Shown here piece after piece: positions 26,736 to 34,992 of a stretch of 37,605 nt of DNA. The translations under genes and the position numbers were made by a program. The stretch is taken from positions 1 through 37,605 of the forward strand of contig CAYYIQ010000002.1 of the NCBI GenBank assembly GCA_964472005.1. The letters run 5' to 3'. Origin of the DNA: an uncultured Bdellovibrionales bacterium. GTDB taxonomy: Bacteria; Bdellovibrionota_C; UBA2361; SZUA-149; DAOLCO01. Under the pieces are notes generated by a model. It was given only the letters and a program-made list of their open reading frames with translations. It did not search any database and was not told the origin of the DNA. How positions within the stretch are numbered: the stretch's first letter is position 1; each line of letters begins with the position of its first letter.

Positions 26736-26745
26736 CCCCCCCCCC
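26736..26745. repeat. C10 (G10 on the minus strand) homopolymeric tract
   Basis: Ten consecutive C counted at 26736-26745. The tract is 18 nt past the otsB-GH15 stop and 124-133 nt upstream of the lipoprotein ATG. Confidence 0.95.
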
Positions 26746-26763
26746 ACTTCTAGCAGTAAAAGA

Positions 26764-29292
26764 TTAGTCCTCCAATGCACATGCTGCATTGATTAGTCCT
26801 AAGTGAGAATATGCTTGAGGGTAATTTCCTAAAGCACAGCCATTGTCAACGTCCCACTGTTCAGCAAGTAGACCTAAATTATTCATCCGTGAAAGCATTT
26901 CGTCAAAATACATTTTCGCTTCGTCTTTTCGTCCTACCTTTATTAAGGCTTCTATTAGCCACGATCGACAGATAATAAATTCCCCTTCTTGTCCGAGTAA
27001 AGCATCATCAAAATGATAACGGTATACACTATCATTATGCACCAGTTTTTTAATTATATAATCTAAAGTTCCCAAGCAACGACTATCTTTCGGGTCATGG
27101 AAACCAGAAAGAATGATCCATAACAACGCGGCATCGGGCTCATCAAGATCATACGCAGCTACATAACTATTCAACTCTCGATTAAATCCACTTTCCTCGA
27201 TTTCAGTTCGAATCCTCGTCGCTAAGTCGTCCCAATCTGATCTTTCATAACCTAAATATTTTGAAATCCCAGAGCAGCAATTGACAGTGTACCAGCACAT
27301 CAACTTAGAGTGTACAAAATGTCGTTGAACACCACGAACTTCCCAAATTCCACTGTCTTTATCATTCCAGCGTAAATCGACGAGATTAACCAATCTTTCA
27401 GCCAACTGAAGATGCTCTTCGGTTAATGCTCCTCCCTTTTCAGCAAGTTTCCACATCAACTCTGCTATCGGACCTAGCGAATCTAATTGAAGCTGCTCGG
27501 CCGCCAAATTTCCGATTCTAACCGGTCGGCTTCCTTTGTACCCTATCGCCTCTGGAACTTCAGCCTCACCGGGAACGGCTCTTCCCGCGACGGTATAAAG
27601 AGGAGCCAAGAAACCTACGTCTTCCGAATCTATGACAACTTCCAATATCCAATCGAGTAGCCTCATTGCATAGCCAGTCGCATTTAAACGAGAAAGTGCA
27701 GTTGCTGTTAATGAGGCATCGCGCGGCCAACAAAAACGATAATCCCAGTTTCGACCACCGCCTAAAGTTTCAGGCAAACTAGTTGTCGCAGCAGCAGCAA
27801 TCGCACCAGTTGGACCGTAGCATAAACCTCGAAGCACTGAAGCGCTCCTTTTAACCAACTCCGAGTTATATTTTGGAAGCTTTAACGTATTAGACCAAGA
27901 ATTCCAGTACAATTGGTTAGCTTGATGTAGTTTTATAGTATCTTCAATCGGAGCTGACCCAGAAGCTGTTCCAATCAAAAGAATTAACTCTGTTCGACTG
28001 TTCTGAAGATTAATCACAGATTTTGCAACATCATGCATGCCATCGTGGGAAACAACCCAATCTACTCCTTTACTAATCAGAACAGCTCTTTGTTGACCAC
28101 ATTCGATCCTTAAGCCGTTTTCAATTTCATAAAGTTTAGTTGGGACACGTCCAAAATTATACTTTGGAGCAAATTCGATTTCGACTGTACCACTTCCCTC
28201 AATAATCCGTATAAGATCACTTCTCCCCGCTCTCTGATAGGTCCTTCCGTCACTGCAGTCTAAGAAATCAGTAAGCATGAATCCATCGAATTGAGTTTTC
28301 CCGATAAGCCCGTCATCGTAAATTTGCTTGCCTTTAGTTTTGCCAGAAACCCGAAAATAGCCGGCACTAGGTCCGCCAACTAAAGAACCAAACAAAGGCG
28401 TACCGTCAAACTTAGGAGCACACAGCCAACTCACAGTCCCCATACTATCGACAAGAGCCATAGATCTTTGATCAGACAAGAATAAATGTTCATCAATGGG
28501 AGAACTAGAGAAGTTCTTCATCCACTCGTCTCTTCTCTCGCTGATTCTAATTAAAAGTTTAATCGCGGCTGGAATTGAAGATACTCTATATGTTGCACTA
28601 GTTTCAGAATCTCCCACTTTTACCGACACGTTAGCATCACCTAAATGCTTAAACGCGGACTCATCTGTAACATCATCACCTATAAAAAAAGTTATGCTTG
28701 GTGTTAGTTGTTCTTGAATTCGTGAAAGAGCATGGCCTTTATCAGTCGTAACGATACTGTATTCTAGAACTTTATTACCGTCCCTAATTAAGCCTTCTCC
28801 CAAAGAGTTCAATTTACTCTTTATAATATTTAATTCTGCAGTTGGTGCTTCAGATAAAACTCTGAAATGGAATGCTACTCCATGCGGCTTAACTTCGAGG
28901 AGACTACCAGGATGTTTTTTTACACTTTCTTTTACAATTTGTATCGCACTTTCCAGCTGAATCTGTTGAGCATCACTAAGTGTCGCCATTTTGTCTAAAT
29001 CAAATTCATGACCGTGACTTCCTACCAAACGAACTCTTTCTATTTGGTTAAATTTAGTCGTAAGATCAGCCAATGATCGACCTGAGATGACTGCTACAAA
29101 TGTATTAGGTAATTCCGAAAGTTTTCGCAAAGCAACTCTAGCTTCCGGTTCTAAAAGGGCGTCCTCTGGACGTTCGGCGAAGCTGGATAAAGTTCCATCA
29201 AAATCTGACGCAATTAGTAGTCTAGTATGCGAAGCTAACAGTTCAATTACCGACTCTTCAACTTCCTTGTTTTTCTCTAAATCTATTGCCAT
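26764..29292 (-). CDS. otsB: Bifunctional protein: N-terminal trehalose-6-phosphate phosphatase (HAD, OtsB) fused to a C-terminal glycoside hydrolase family 15 domain (glucoamylase/trehalase-like)
   Basis: HAD motifs LIASDFDGTLS, VISGRS and FIGDDVTDE in the first ~250 aa. The GH15 part carries GGRNWDYRFCWPRDAS, LLAEQWD and NYPQAYSHLGLI. Confidence 0.85.
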   Translation of the reverse strand: MAIDLEKNKEVEESVIELLASHTRLLIASDFDGTLSSFAERPEDALLEPEARVALRKLSELPNTFVAVISGRSLADLTTKFNQIERVRLVGSHGHEFDLDKMATLSDAQQIQLESAIQIVKESVKKHPGSLLEVKPHGVAFHFRVLSEAPTAELNIIKSKLNSLGEGLIRDGNKVLEYSIVTTDKGHALSRIQEQLTPSITFFIGDDVTDESAFKHLGDANVSVKVGDSETSATYRVSSIPAAIKLLIRISERRDEWMKNFSSSPIDEHLFLSDQRSMALVDSMGTVSWLCAPKFDGTPLFGSLVGGPSAGYFRVSGKTKGKQIYDDGLIGKTQFDGFMLTDFLDCSDGRTYQRAGRSDLIRIIEGSGTVEIEFAPKYNFGRVPTKLYEIENGLRIECGQQRAVLISKGVDWVVSHDGMHDVAKSVINLQNSRTELILLIGTASGSAPIEDTIKLHQANQLYWNSWSNTLKLPKYNSELVKRSASVLRGLCYGPTGAIAAAATTSLPETLGGGRNWDYRFCWPRDASLTATALSRLNATGYAMRLLDWILEVVIDSEDVGFLAPLYTVAGRAVPGEAEVPEAIGYKGSRPVRIGNLAAEQLQLDSLGPIAELMWKLAEKGGALTEEHLQLAERLVNLVDLRWNDKDSGIWEVRGVQRHFVHSKLMCWYTVNCCSGISKYLGYERSDWDDLATRIRTEIEESGFNRELNSYVAAYDLDEPDAALLWIILSGFHDPKDSRCLGTLDYIIKKLVHNDSVYRYHFDDALLGQEGEFIICRSWLIEALIKVGRKDEAKMYFDEMLSRMNNLGLLAEQWDVDNGCALGNYPQAYSHLGLINAACALED

Positions 29293-29297
29293 TTTCT

Positions 29298-30797
29298 CTA
29301 AATATCAAAAACGTTAGTAATTCTTTTTAGCCTTTCCCATATTTTTGTCGATCGGTTAGAATCATCAGGGGTGTGACTTTCCCAGTTAGCCGCATTCAGA
29401 AATGAATCTGCCCAATAGAAAACATCAGATTTTTTAACGATGTCTCTTAGACCAATCATTCTTTCGTTATTACTGCTTTTAGAAACAGCCAAAGCTTCTC
29501 GCAAAATTTTAGCTACACCGTCTATGTCATACGGATTAACTAAAAATGCAAAATCTTTGAACTCATCAGCCGCTCCTGCAAATTCGCTAAGCACCAAAGC
29601 ACCAGCATTATTAGTTTTAGCTGCACAATATTCTTTACAAACCAAATTCATCCCGTCTTTTAAGGGAGTGACAAGCGCTACGTCAGATGCCGAATACATT
29701 GAAATGACATCTTCTTTAGTTAGAGACCTGAAAAGATGGTGCACAGGAACCCAACCCGGCTCACCGTATTTACCATTTACTTGAGTAACCAATTGTTCGA
29801 TTTCAGATCTCAATACCTGATACTCTGGCACCTCGATTCGACTAGGAACTACGACTTGTAATAAACCAATTCTTTCTTTTAATGTAGGATCAATTTCTAA
29901 CAGCCTTTGAAAGGCTTTAATTCTGTCAGGAATTCCCTTTGTATAGTCCAAACGATCTATACTTAGAACTAGGAATTCTACGTTCATATCTTTTCTTATC
30001 TTTTCTGCGGCGACTGCAACTTCATCTGATGACGCAATCTCTTCAATTTCATTGTAGTCAACACTAATTGGGAAACTTCCTAACAAACATTCTTCTGTTT
30101 CGGTTTTGATGTTGACTAGACTTCCAATTTTAGAAGTTTGAGCTTTTGTTAAGACATCAATACATTCGACAAAATTTTTAAGGTCTCTTTGAGTTTGGAA
30201 ACCGATAATGTCATAACTTAACATAGAGTCCATTACATCCGACCTCCAAGGCAGTTTCAAAAAGATATCTGGGCCTGGGAATGGAGTATGAAAGAAAAAT
30301 CCAAATTTATTCTTAATTTTTTTTCTACGTAGCGCACGACCAAGTCCAAGCAAATGGTAGTCTTGAACCCAAACTAAATCCAAGGGTTGAATATGTTTAT
30401 ATACTTCGAGACAAAATTTTTCCTGCACTTCAAGATAAGTAGACCAGAAATCTGGTTCAAAATTACAGCGGGTTTGTAGATCGTGAAAAAGTGGCCATAT
30501 AATACTATTAGAAAATCCCTCGTAGAACCCTTTAACCGCATCCTGATCCAAAATCACTGGAAACAATTCAAATTCAGATTGCTCAGAAAATTCTGCTAAC
30601 GACCTGCTTACTTGCTCATCCGATGCGGAAACAGCACCTGGCCAACCAATCCACATACCACTAGATTTACGAAGAATCGGGCCAAGAGCAGAAACAAGAC
30701 CACCCGTGCTAGGCTGAAAGGTTATTCCCTCCGAGTCCTCATGAGCACTAATCGGTAAACGATTTGAAACACATATAATGCGCGGCTGATCATCCAT
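29298..30797 (-). CDS. otsA: Alpha,alpha-trehalose-phosphate synthase (UDP-forming)
   Basis: VSNRLP, GGLVSAL, WIGWPG, WVQDYHL, GFFFHTPFPG.DIF..LPWR, DRLDYTKGI and TPL.DGMNLV.KEY motifs. 499 aa. A GGAG sits 7 nt upstream of the ATG. Confidence 0.92.
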   Translation of the reverse strand: MDDQPRIICVSNRLPISAHEDSEGITFQPSTGGLVSALGPILRKSSGMWIGWPGAVSASDEQVSRSLAEFSEQSEFELFPVILDQDAVKGFYEGFSNSIIWPLFHDLQTRCNFEPDFWSTYLEVQEKFCLEVYKHIQPLDLVWVQDYHLLGLGRALRRKKIKNKFGFFFHTPFPGPDIFLKLPWRSDVMDSMLSYDIIGFQTQRDLKNFVECIDVLTKAQTSKIGSLVNIKTETEECLLGSFPISVDYNEIEEIASSDEVAVAAEKIRKDMNVEFLVLSIDRLDYTKGIPDRIKAFQRLLEIDPTLKERIGLLQVVVPSRIEVPEYQVLRSEIEQLVTQVNGKYGEPGWVPVHHLFRSLTKEDVISMYSASDVALVTPLKDGMNLVCKEYCAAKTNNAGALVLSEFAGAADEFKDFAFLVNPYDIDGVAKILREALAVSKSSNNERMIGLRDIVKKSDVFYWADSFLNAANWESHTPDDSNRSTKIWERLKRITNVFDI

Positions 30798-31313
30798 TTC
30801 TTATCTCCATATAATCACAAAGTGTATAATAAAATTTACTCCCCGTTAATCAAAAACAGGGCTGCCTAATTTTAAAGATTCAAAACTTTAAAATTTTCAA
30901 AATCGAGGAACATCCCTGTCTAATTCCGACCCAGAAAATCGTAAATAGCAAAGGCTCTATCATGCAACTAGAATTGATAGTTCCAAAAACAAAACTTAGC
31001 ATTTTGCAAAGTGGTTTTAACTAAAAATTCTTTAGTTAAACTGTAATAAGTAGCAACTAACTAGTATCAATTTTTAACATTTTCCGAAACAACCTTAGAA
31101 TTGAGGTAAAATCCATCCCTGAAAGGTACAAACACTAGCTCATTAAGTTACTTCGATCATGAAGCCACTCAGAATTCTAAATTGAGATTACTGTCTCCAA
31201 GTTTAATGTTTTAAATTATCCTAAAGAGTTCCAGCACAAAGATCAGATTCAAAAAATGTTACAAATCTTAAGGTAGCAGAAAATAGAGTCTGTTCTCTAT
31301 GACTTAGAACATC

Positions 31314-32051
31314 CTATTTTAGCAAATCAGCCATCCAAAATAACGAAGTGTTTGGAGATTTCGTTACTTTCTGTGATCGTCTAGTGTGCGTTTTGGGTGA
31401 AAGCCTTGCAGCAGTCCACTGATCGTCGTCTTTTTCAAACTTAATTCGGTCGTGCAACCTTCCTGGACGACCCTGCCAAAATTCAAAGGTCGAAGGGACT
31501 ATTAAATAACCGCCCCAATGGCTAGGTCTTTCAACAGCCTTTCCCTCATATCGAGCTTCAACAGCTCGATAGGCGAGCTCTAATTCTTTGCGATTATCAA
31601 CTACGCTAGATTGAATAGAGCTTAATGCTGATAATTGCGAAATCCGAGGCCTTGATCTAAAATATTTATTTGATGTTTGCTCTGATGTTTTTGAGGCCTG
31701 TCCTTCAACGCGAACCTGCCTTTCAAGTGAATCCCAAAAGAAACTTACGGCAACGTTTTTATTGTTAGAAATATCAATTGCCTTTGGACTATTATAATTG
31801 GTGAAAAAATAAAGTCCGTTTTCATCGAACCCCTTAAGAAGAACGTAACGCAAGCTAGGTTTGCCTGTTTTTGACACCGTCGCCAGAGACATCGCATTTG
31901 GCTCAATTAAACCACCCTCAATTGCCTCATCCATCCAAATCTTAAAAATCTCAAAAGGATCCAATCCTCCGACATGATCCTCTATACTACCTAACTGATA
32001 ATTTCGTCTAAGACTATCTAACGAACTTTTTTCCGGATTCTTCTTGCTCAT
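31314..32051 (-). CDS. pdxH: Pyridoxamine/pyridoxine 5'-phosphate oxidase with a ~26 aa basic C-terminal tail
   Basis: PNAM.LATV...G.PS.R.VLLKG, RQVR.EG, YF.SRPR.SQ, RPSHWGGY and FEFWQGRPGRLHDR motifs. Canonical PdxH ends at the RL(A/S)P motif, which is present here but followed by KTHTRRSQKVTKSPNTSLFWMADLLK. Confidence 0.88.
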   Translation of the reverse strand: MSKKNPEKSSLDSLRRNYQLGSIEDHVGGLDPFEIFKIWMDEAIEGGLIEPNAMSLATVSKTGKPSLRYVLLKGFDENGLYFFTNYNSPKAIDISNNKNVAVSFFWDSLERQVRVEGQASKTSEQTSNKYFRSRPRISQLSALSSIQSSVVDNRKELELAYRAVEARYEGKAVERPSHWGGYLIVPSTFEFWQGRPGRLHDRIKFEKDDDQWTAARLSPKTHTRRSQKVTKSPNTSLFWMADLLK

Positions 32052-32054
32052 TTA

Positions 32055-33146
32055 TTAAAGACTCTCCGACCTACTTTTCCGGATTGATGCGTAGATACGC
32101 CTACTCTTTTTGTTATTAAAGAGATAATAAGCCGCGAGTGGAAGAATAAAAACTAAAAGCAATTCGCTAATTACTGGTGTCGAAGCATGATCTTTTGCAA
32201 CTAGGATTAAATAAATAATATACGAAACATACAATCCCAGTAATAATAGCCCTTCTCCCCTAGTAATTTTTCGATCGGTAATAACAATCGGCAGACATGC
32301 TGCGGCTGAAAAAAGCAAAATGGGTATATCAAAGCTCAACGCTGCGAGAGGCACGGGCACAGATTTCAACATTGAACATATCCCCATGACACCAAGAACA
32401 TTCAAAATGTTACTACCAACCACATTGCCAATAGCTAACTCACTTTCGCCTTTCCTAGCTGCGACACAAGAAGTGACAACCTCTGGCAATGATGTTCCTA
32501 TAGAAACAATCGTAAGTCCAATTACCAATTCACTAATACCAAACGCCCTAGCTATTTCAGTGGCACCGAATATTAACAATTTTGATCCTATTAACAATGC
32601 AACGAGTGAAGCAAAAATATAAAGTAGTTCTTTCTGAAAACCGTTCGACTCAAGCACATCTTCCGTTGCTATTTGTACTTCTTCTCGCTTAGATTTTTTA
32701 ACTGAATTGATTTCGTACCGAGTTAAAAAGATTAGTAACCCAAACATTACAAGCCCATCAAGTCGGCTAACCACTAAATCAAGAGACAATAATAAAAACA
32801 ACATGCTCACCCCAATCATAACTGGGATATCCTTATTAATTGTCCTTTTTGATATCTTAATAGGCGATAGTGCGGCACTCAACCCTAGTATCAACAAGAC
32901 ATTAGTAATATTACTTCCGACGACATTTCCGATTGCAATCTCCGATTGACCAAATAATACACCCTGAGCAGAAATAAATAACTCGGGCACACTTGTTCCA
33001 AAGGAAACGACGGTTAAACCTATTATCATTGGATCAATTTTTAGCTTTAGACCCAAACTTTTAGCGTTATCGACCAAAGAATCGCCCGCAACGAATAAAA
33101 TGAAAGCTCCCACAATCAGAGATGTTAAAACCAATATCAAACTCAT
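32055..33146 (-). CDS. Ca2+/Na+ (cation) antiporter, CaCA/YrbG family
   Basis: 363 aa with about 10 TM segments. Two alpha-repeats are present: GTSVPELF...GNVVGSNITNVLLILG and GTSLPEVV...GNVVGSNILNVLGVMG. Confidence 0.85.
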   Translation of the reverse strand: MSLILVLTSLIVGAFILFVAGDSLVDNAKSLGLKLKIDPMIIGLTVVSFGTSVPELFISAQGVLFGQSEIAIGNVVGSNITNVLLILGLSAALSPIKISKRTINKDIPVMIGVSMLFLLLSLDLVVSRLDGLVMFGLLIFLTRYEINSVKKSKREEVQIATEDVLESNGFQKELLYIFASLVALLIGSKLLIFGATEIARAFGISELVIGLTIVSIGTSLPEVVTSCVAARKGESELAIGNVVGSNILNVLGVMGICSMLKSVPVPLAALSFDIPILLFSAAACLPIVITDRKITRGEGLLLLGLYVSYIIYLILVAKDHASTPVISELLLVFILPLAAYYLFNNKKSRRIYASIRKSRSESL

Positions 33147-33587
33147 AGACTAAAAAACTCGCACTCTTAAAATATATTAATAACTATCTAGAAATATTTG
33201 TAATACTTACCAATACCAGTATCTGATGGGAACTGTACAATGGTTTATTTTAGTAATAGTGTGTCTAAAAACATTTATTCTTCATAACAATAGAGATATT
33301 AGATATTTCAAGAATGGTGATACCCAAATATGTGAGATTTCCGTGAATTTCGTTAGTCTTAAACAATGCGACCGAGTTTCCGCTTTAATAACGACGCTTA
33401 GCATAATTTAGCGTTTTTGCGCTCTATAACTTGAACTAGTTACAAGATATATAGGTCGAGCTTAAATCACTATTCTTGAGATAGAAATAAAAGGTTTTTA
33501 AATTTTTACGGAGAAGGACCTGGTGTACTTATCGAGTATAGCAGGCCCTTCTCTGACAATATGGATGTCAGTGTTTCAAACTTAGTT

Positions 33588-33609
33588 GCAACGTAAGGGA
33601 TAGTGTTGC
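33588..33609 (+). promoter_or_regulatory. Stem-loop presenting GGA in its loop, in the leader of the tandem csrA gene (candidate CsrA binding site)
   Basis: A 5 bp stem GCAAC/GTTGC (33588-33592 / 33605-33609) around the 12 nt loop GTAAGGGATAGT, with GGA at 33598-33600. A second GGA lies inside the Shine-Dalgarno GAGGA at 33622-33626. Confidence 0.35.
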
Positions 33610-33633
33610 TGCTTCATCGGCGAGGATATGCTG

Positions 33634-33969
33634 ATGTTAGTTTTAAGTAGGAAGATTGGCTTTGGTGTCATGCTTGGTTCGGACGTGCAAATCACTCTGA
33701 ATCGTAGTACAAGCACTCAAGTAACGCTATGGATCAAGGCCCCACGGAACAAGTCAGTTCGAAGATCTAAATTAGATCCTCAAACTCCAAGCTTGGAAAC
33801 CAAGATTTCAAATTTGGTTTTGACTTTGAAAGTGGGCGAGAGTTTAATTGTCGATGAGACGACCACACTCACGATCCTCAAAAAAGGTGGAAGCATTCGA
33901 TTCGGAATCAATGCTCCACGAGACATCAGAATTCGAAGAACTGAACTTGATGATCTCAATGTAGCGTAA
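33634..33969 (+). CDS. csrA: Tandem (two-domain, single-chain) carbon storage regulator CsrA/RsmA-family RNA-binding protein
   Basis: Domain 1 is MLVLSRKIGFGVMLGSDVQITL....QVTLWIKAPRNKSVRRSKL. Domain 2 is NLVLTLKVGESLIVDETTTLTILKKGGSIRFGINAPRDIRIRRTEL. Both match the CsrA pattern MLILTRR.GE...IG.....V......QV..GI.AP....V.R.EI. The start at ATG 33634 has GAGGA 7 nt upstream, and an alternative in-frame ATG lies at 33628. Confidence 0.8.
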   Translation: MLVLSRKIGFGVMLGSDVQITLNRSTSTQVTLWIKAPRNKSVRRSKLDPQTPSLETKISNLVLTLKVGESLIVDETTTLTILKKGGSIRFGINAPRDIRIRRTELDDLNVA

Positions 33970-33985
33970 ATCTTCTAAAGGACGT

Positions 33986-34047
33986 CCGATTTCGAAGCTA
34001 TCTGTGAAATTGACTTAAAATTCAATATCCAGATAGCTTCGATTCGG
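33986..34047 (+). terminator. Long hairpin terminator after tandem csrA, between convergent genes
   Basis: A 13 bp perfect stem TCGAAGCTATCTG/CAGATAGCTTCGA (33992-34004 / 34030-34042) plus an outer 4 bp CCGA/TCGG, followed by TTTTAAATTT. Confidence 0.65.
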
Positions 34048-34057
34048 TTTTAAATTT

Positions 34058-34981
34058 CTATCTCTCCCACTTGCCATTGATCGCTGACAAAATACTTTCA
34101 TACACTTCAATTAACTCCTTCCTTAGGGGGACGGACTCATCATGTATCTTCTTTTGTTCGCTTACGTATTGTTCGACGCCATCCGAAGTTTCAAGCTTCA
34201 ATGGCTTAACGTCATACTCGGACAGATCGTATGGACTTGCTTTCATATCAATTAGGCGGGCATTCTTTGCCAATATAAATAACCGACTAAGTAAATTTGA
34301 TGGAATAAACGGCGCAATTTTATAGCCAAATTTGTAAAGATCCATGTTCGCATGGATACAGCCCGCTTGATCATGTTCAAGAACCTCGTCTCTACGTAAT
34401 TGAACTTTATTCAATGGAGATGAACTAGGTGTAAAAAAACGAAAAGCGTCGTAATGTGTACAACAAATCTGCCTGGATTCAACAAATTTAGATATTTCAT
34501 TTTCGCTAACTCGGAATGGCGTCTCGGGATGTTGCCTCCTATCGGCTTTATAAACCATCGCCCATTCGTGCATTCCAAAACAATGAAAAACTGGAGGTCG
34601 ATCAAGAGTAATGCGAAGATACTTCAATGCCCATTCTAAAAACTTCTTTCTTTTAAGTGGAAATAAATGGATATCAACATATTCACTATTATTTGAGATC
34701 TTTACATGATCTGGCCATTCAATCAGGCTCGGGAATGAAGGTTCCCCAGTGCCCGGTTGATATATGATTTTAGACTTTGTGCCAGGAGACCATCGAAGAA
34801 GCTGTCCAGTGGAAAAACTGTAATAGCTAAAAAGAAAGTCATACACTGGATGCTTCTGGCCACGAGTTCTCCAGTATCTAAAATCATTAACAAACGGCGA
34901 GATAAGTCTTTTGTGTTCTTTTTTCAAATATATTGCTTCACTTTCCGATAAAGAAACAATATATTTAGCTTTGTTTAACAT
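34058..34981 (-). CDS. Conserved-looking soluble hypothetical protein (307 aa)
   Basis: Long open frame with no antisense competitor of similar length. Segments such as HPVYDFLFSYYSF, LLRWSPG and MDLYKFGYK...IDMKASPYDL seem familiar from a family sometimes auto-annotated as 3-methyladenine DNA glycosylase. I cannot verify that from memory. Confidence 0.55.
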   Translation of the reverse strand: MLNKAKYIVSLSESEAIYLKKEHKRLISPFVNDFRYWRTRGQKHPVYDFLFSYYSFSTGQLLRWSPGTKSKIIYQPGTGEPSFPSLIEWPDHVKISNNSEYVDIHLFPLKRKKFLEWALKYLRITLDRPPVFHCFGMHEWAMVYKADRRQHPETPFRVSENEISKFVESRQICCTHYDAFRFFTPSSSPLNKVQLRRDEVLEHDQAGCIHANMDLYKFGYKIAPFIPSNLLSRLFILAKNARLIDMKASPYDLSEYDVKPLKLETSDGVEQYVSEQKKIHDESVPLRKELIEVYESILSAINGKWER

Positions 34982-34992
34982 AGAAGTTTATA

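Noticed and set aside
33226-33411. 61 aa plus-strand ORF in the spacer upstream of csrA.
   Set aside because: No ribosome-binding site and odd composition, in very AT-rich DNA where short ORFs arise by chance.
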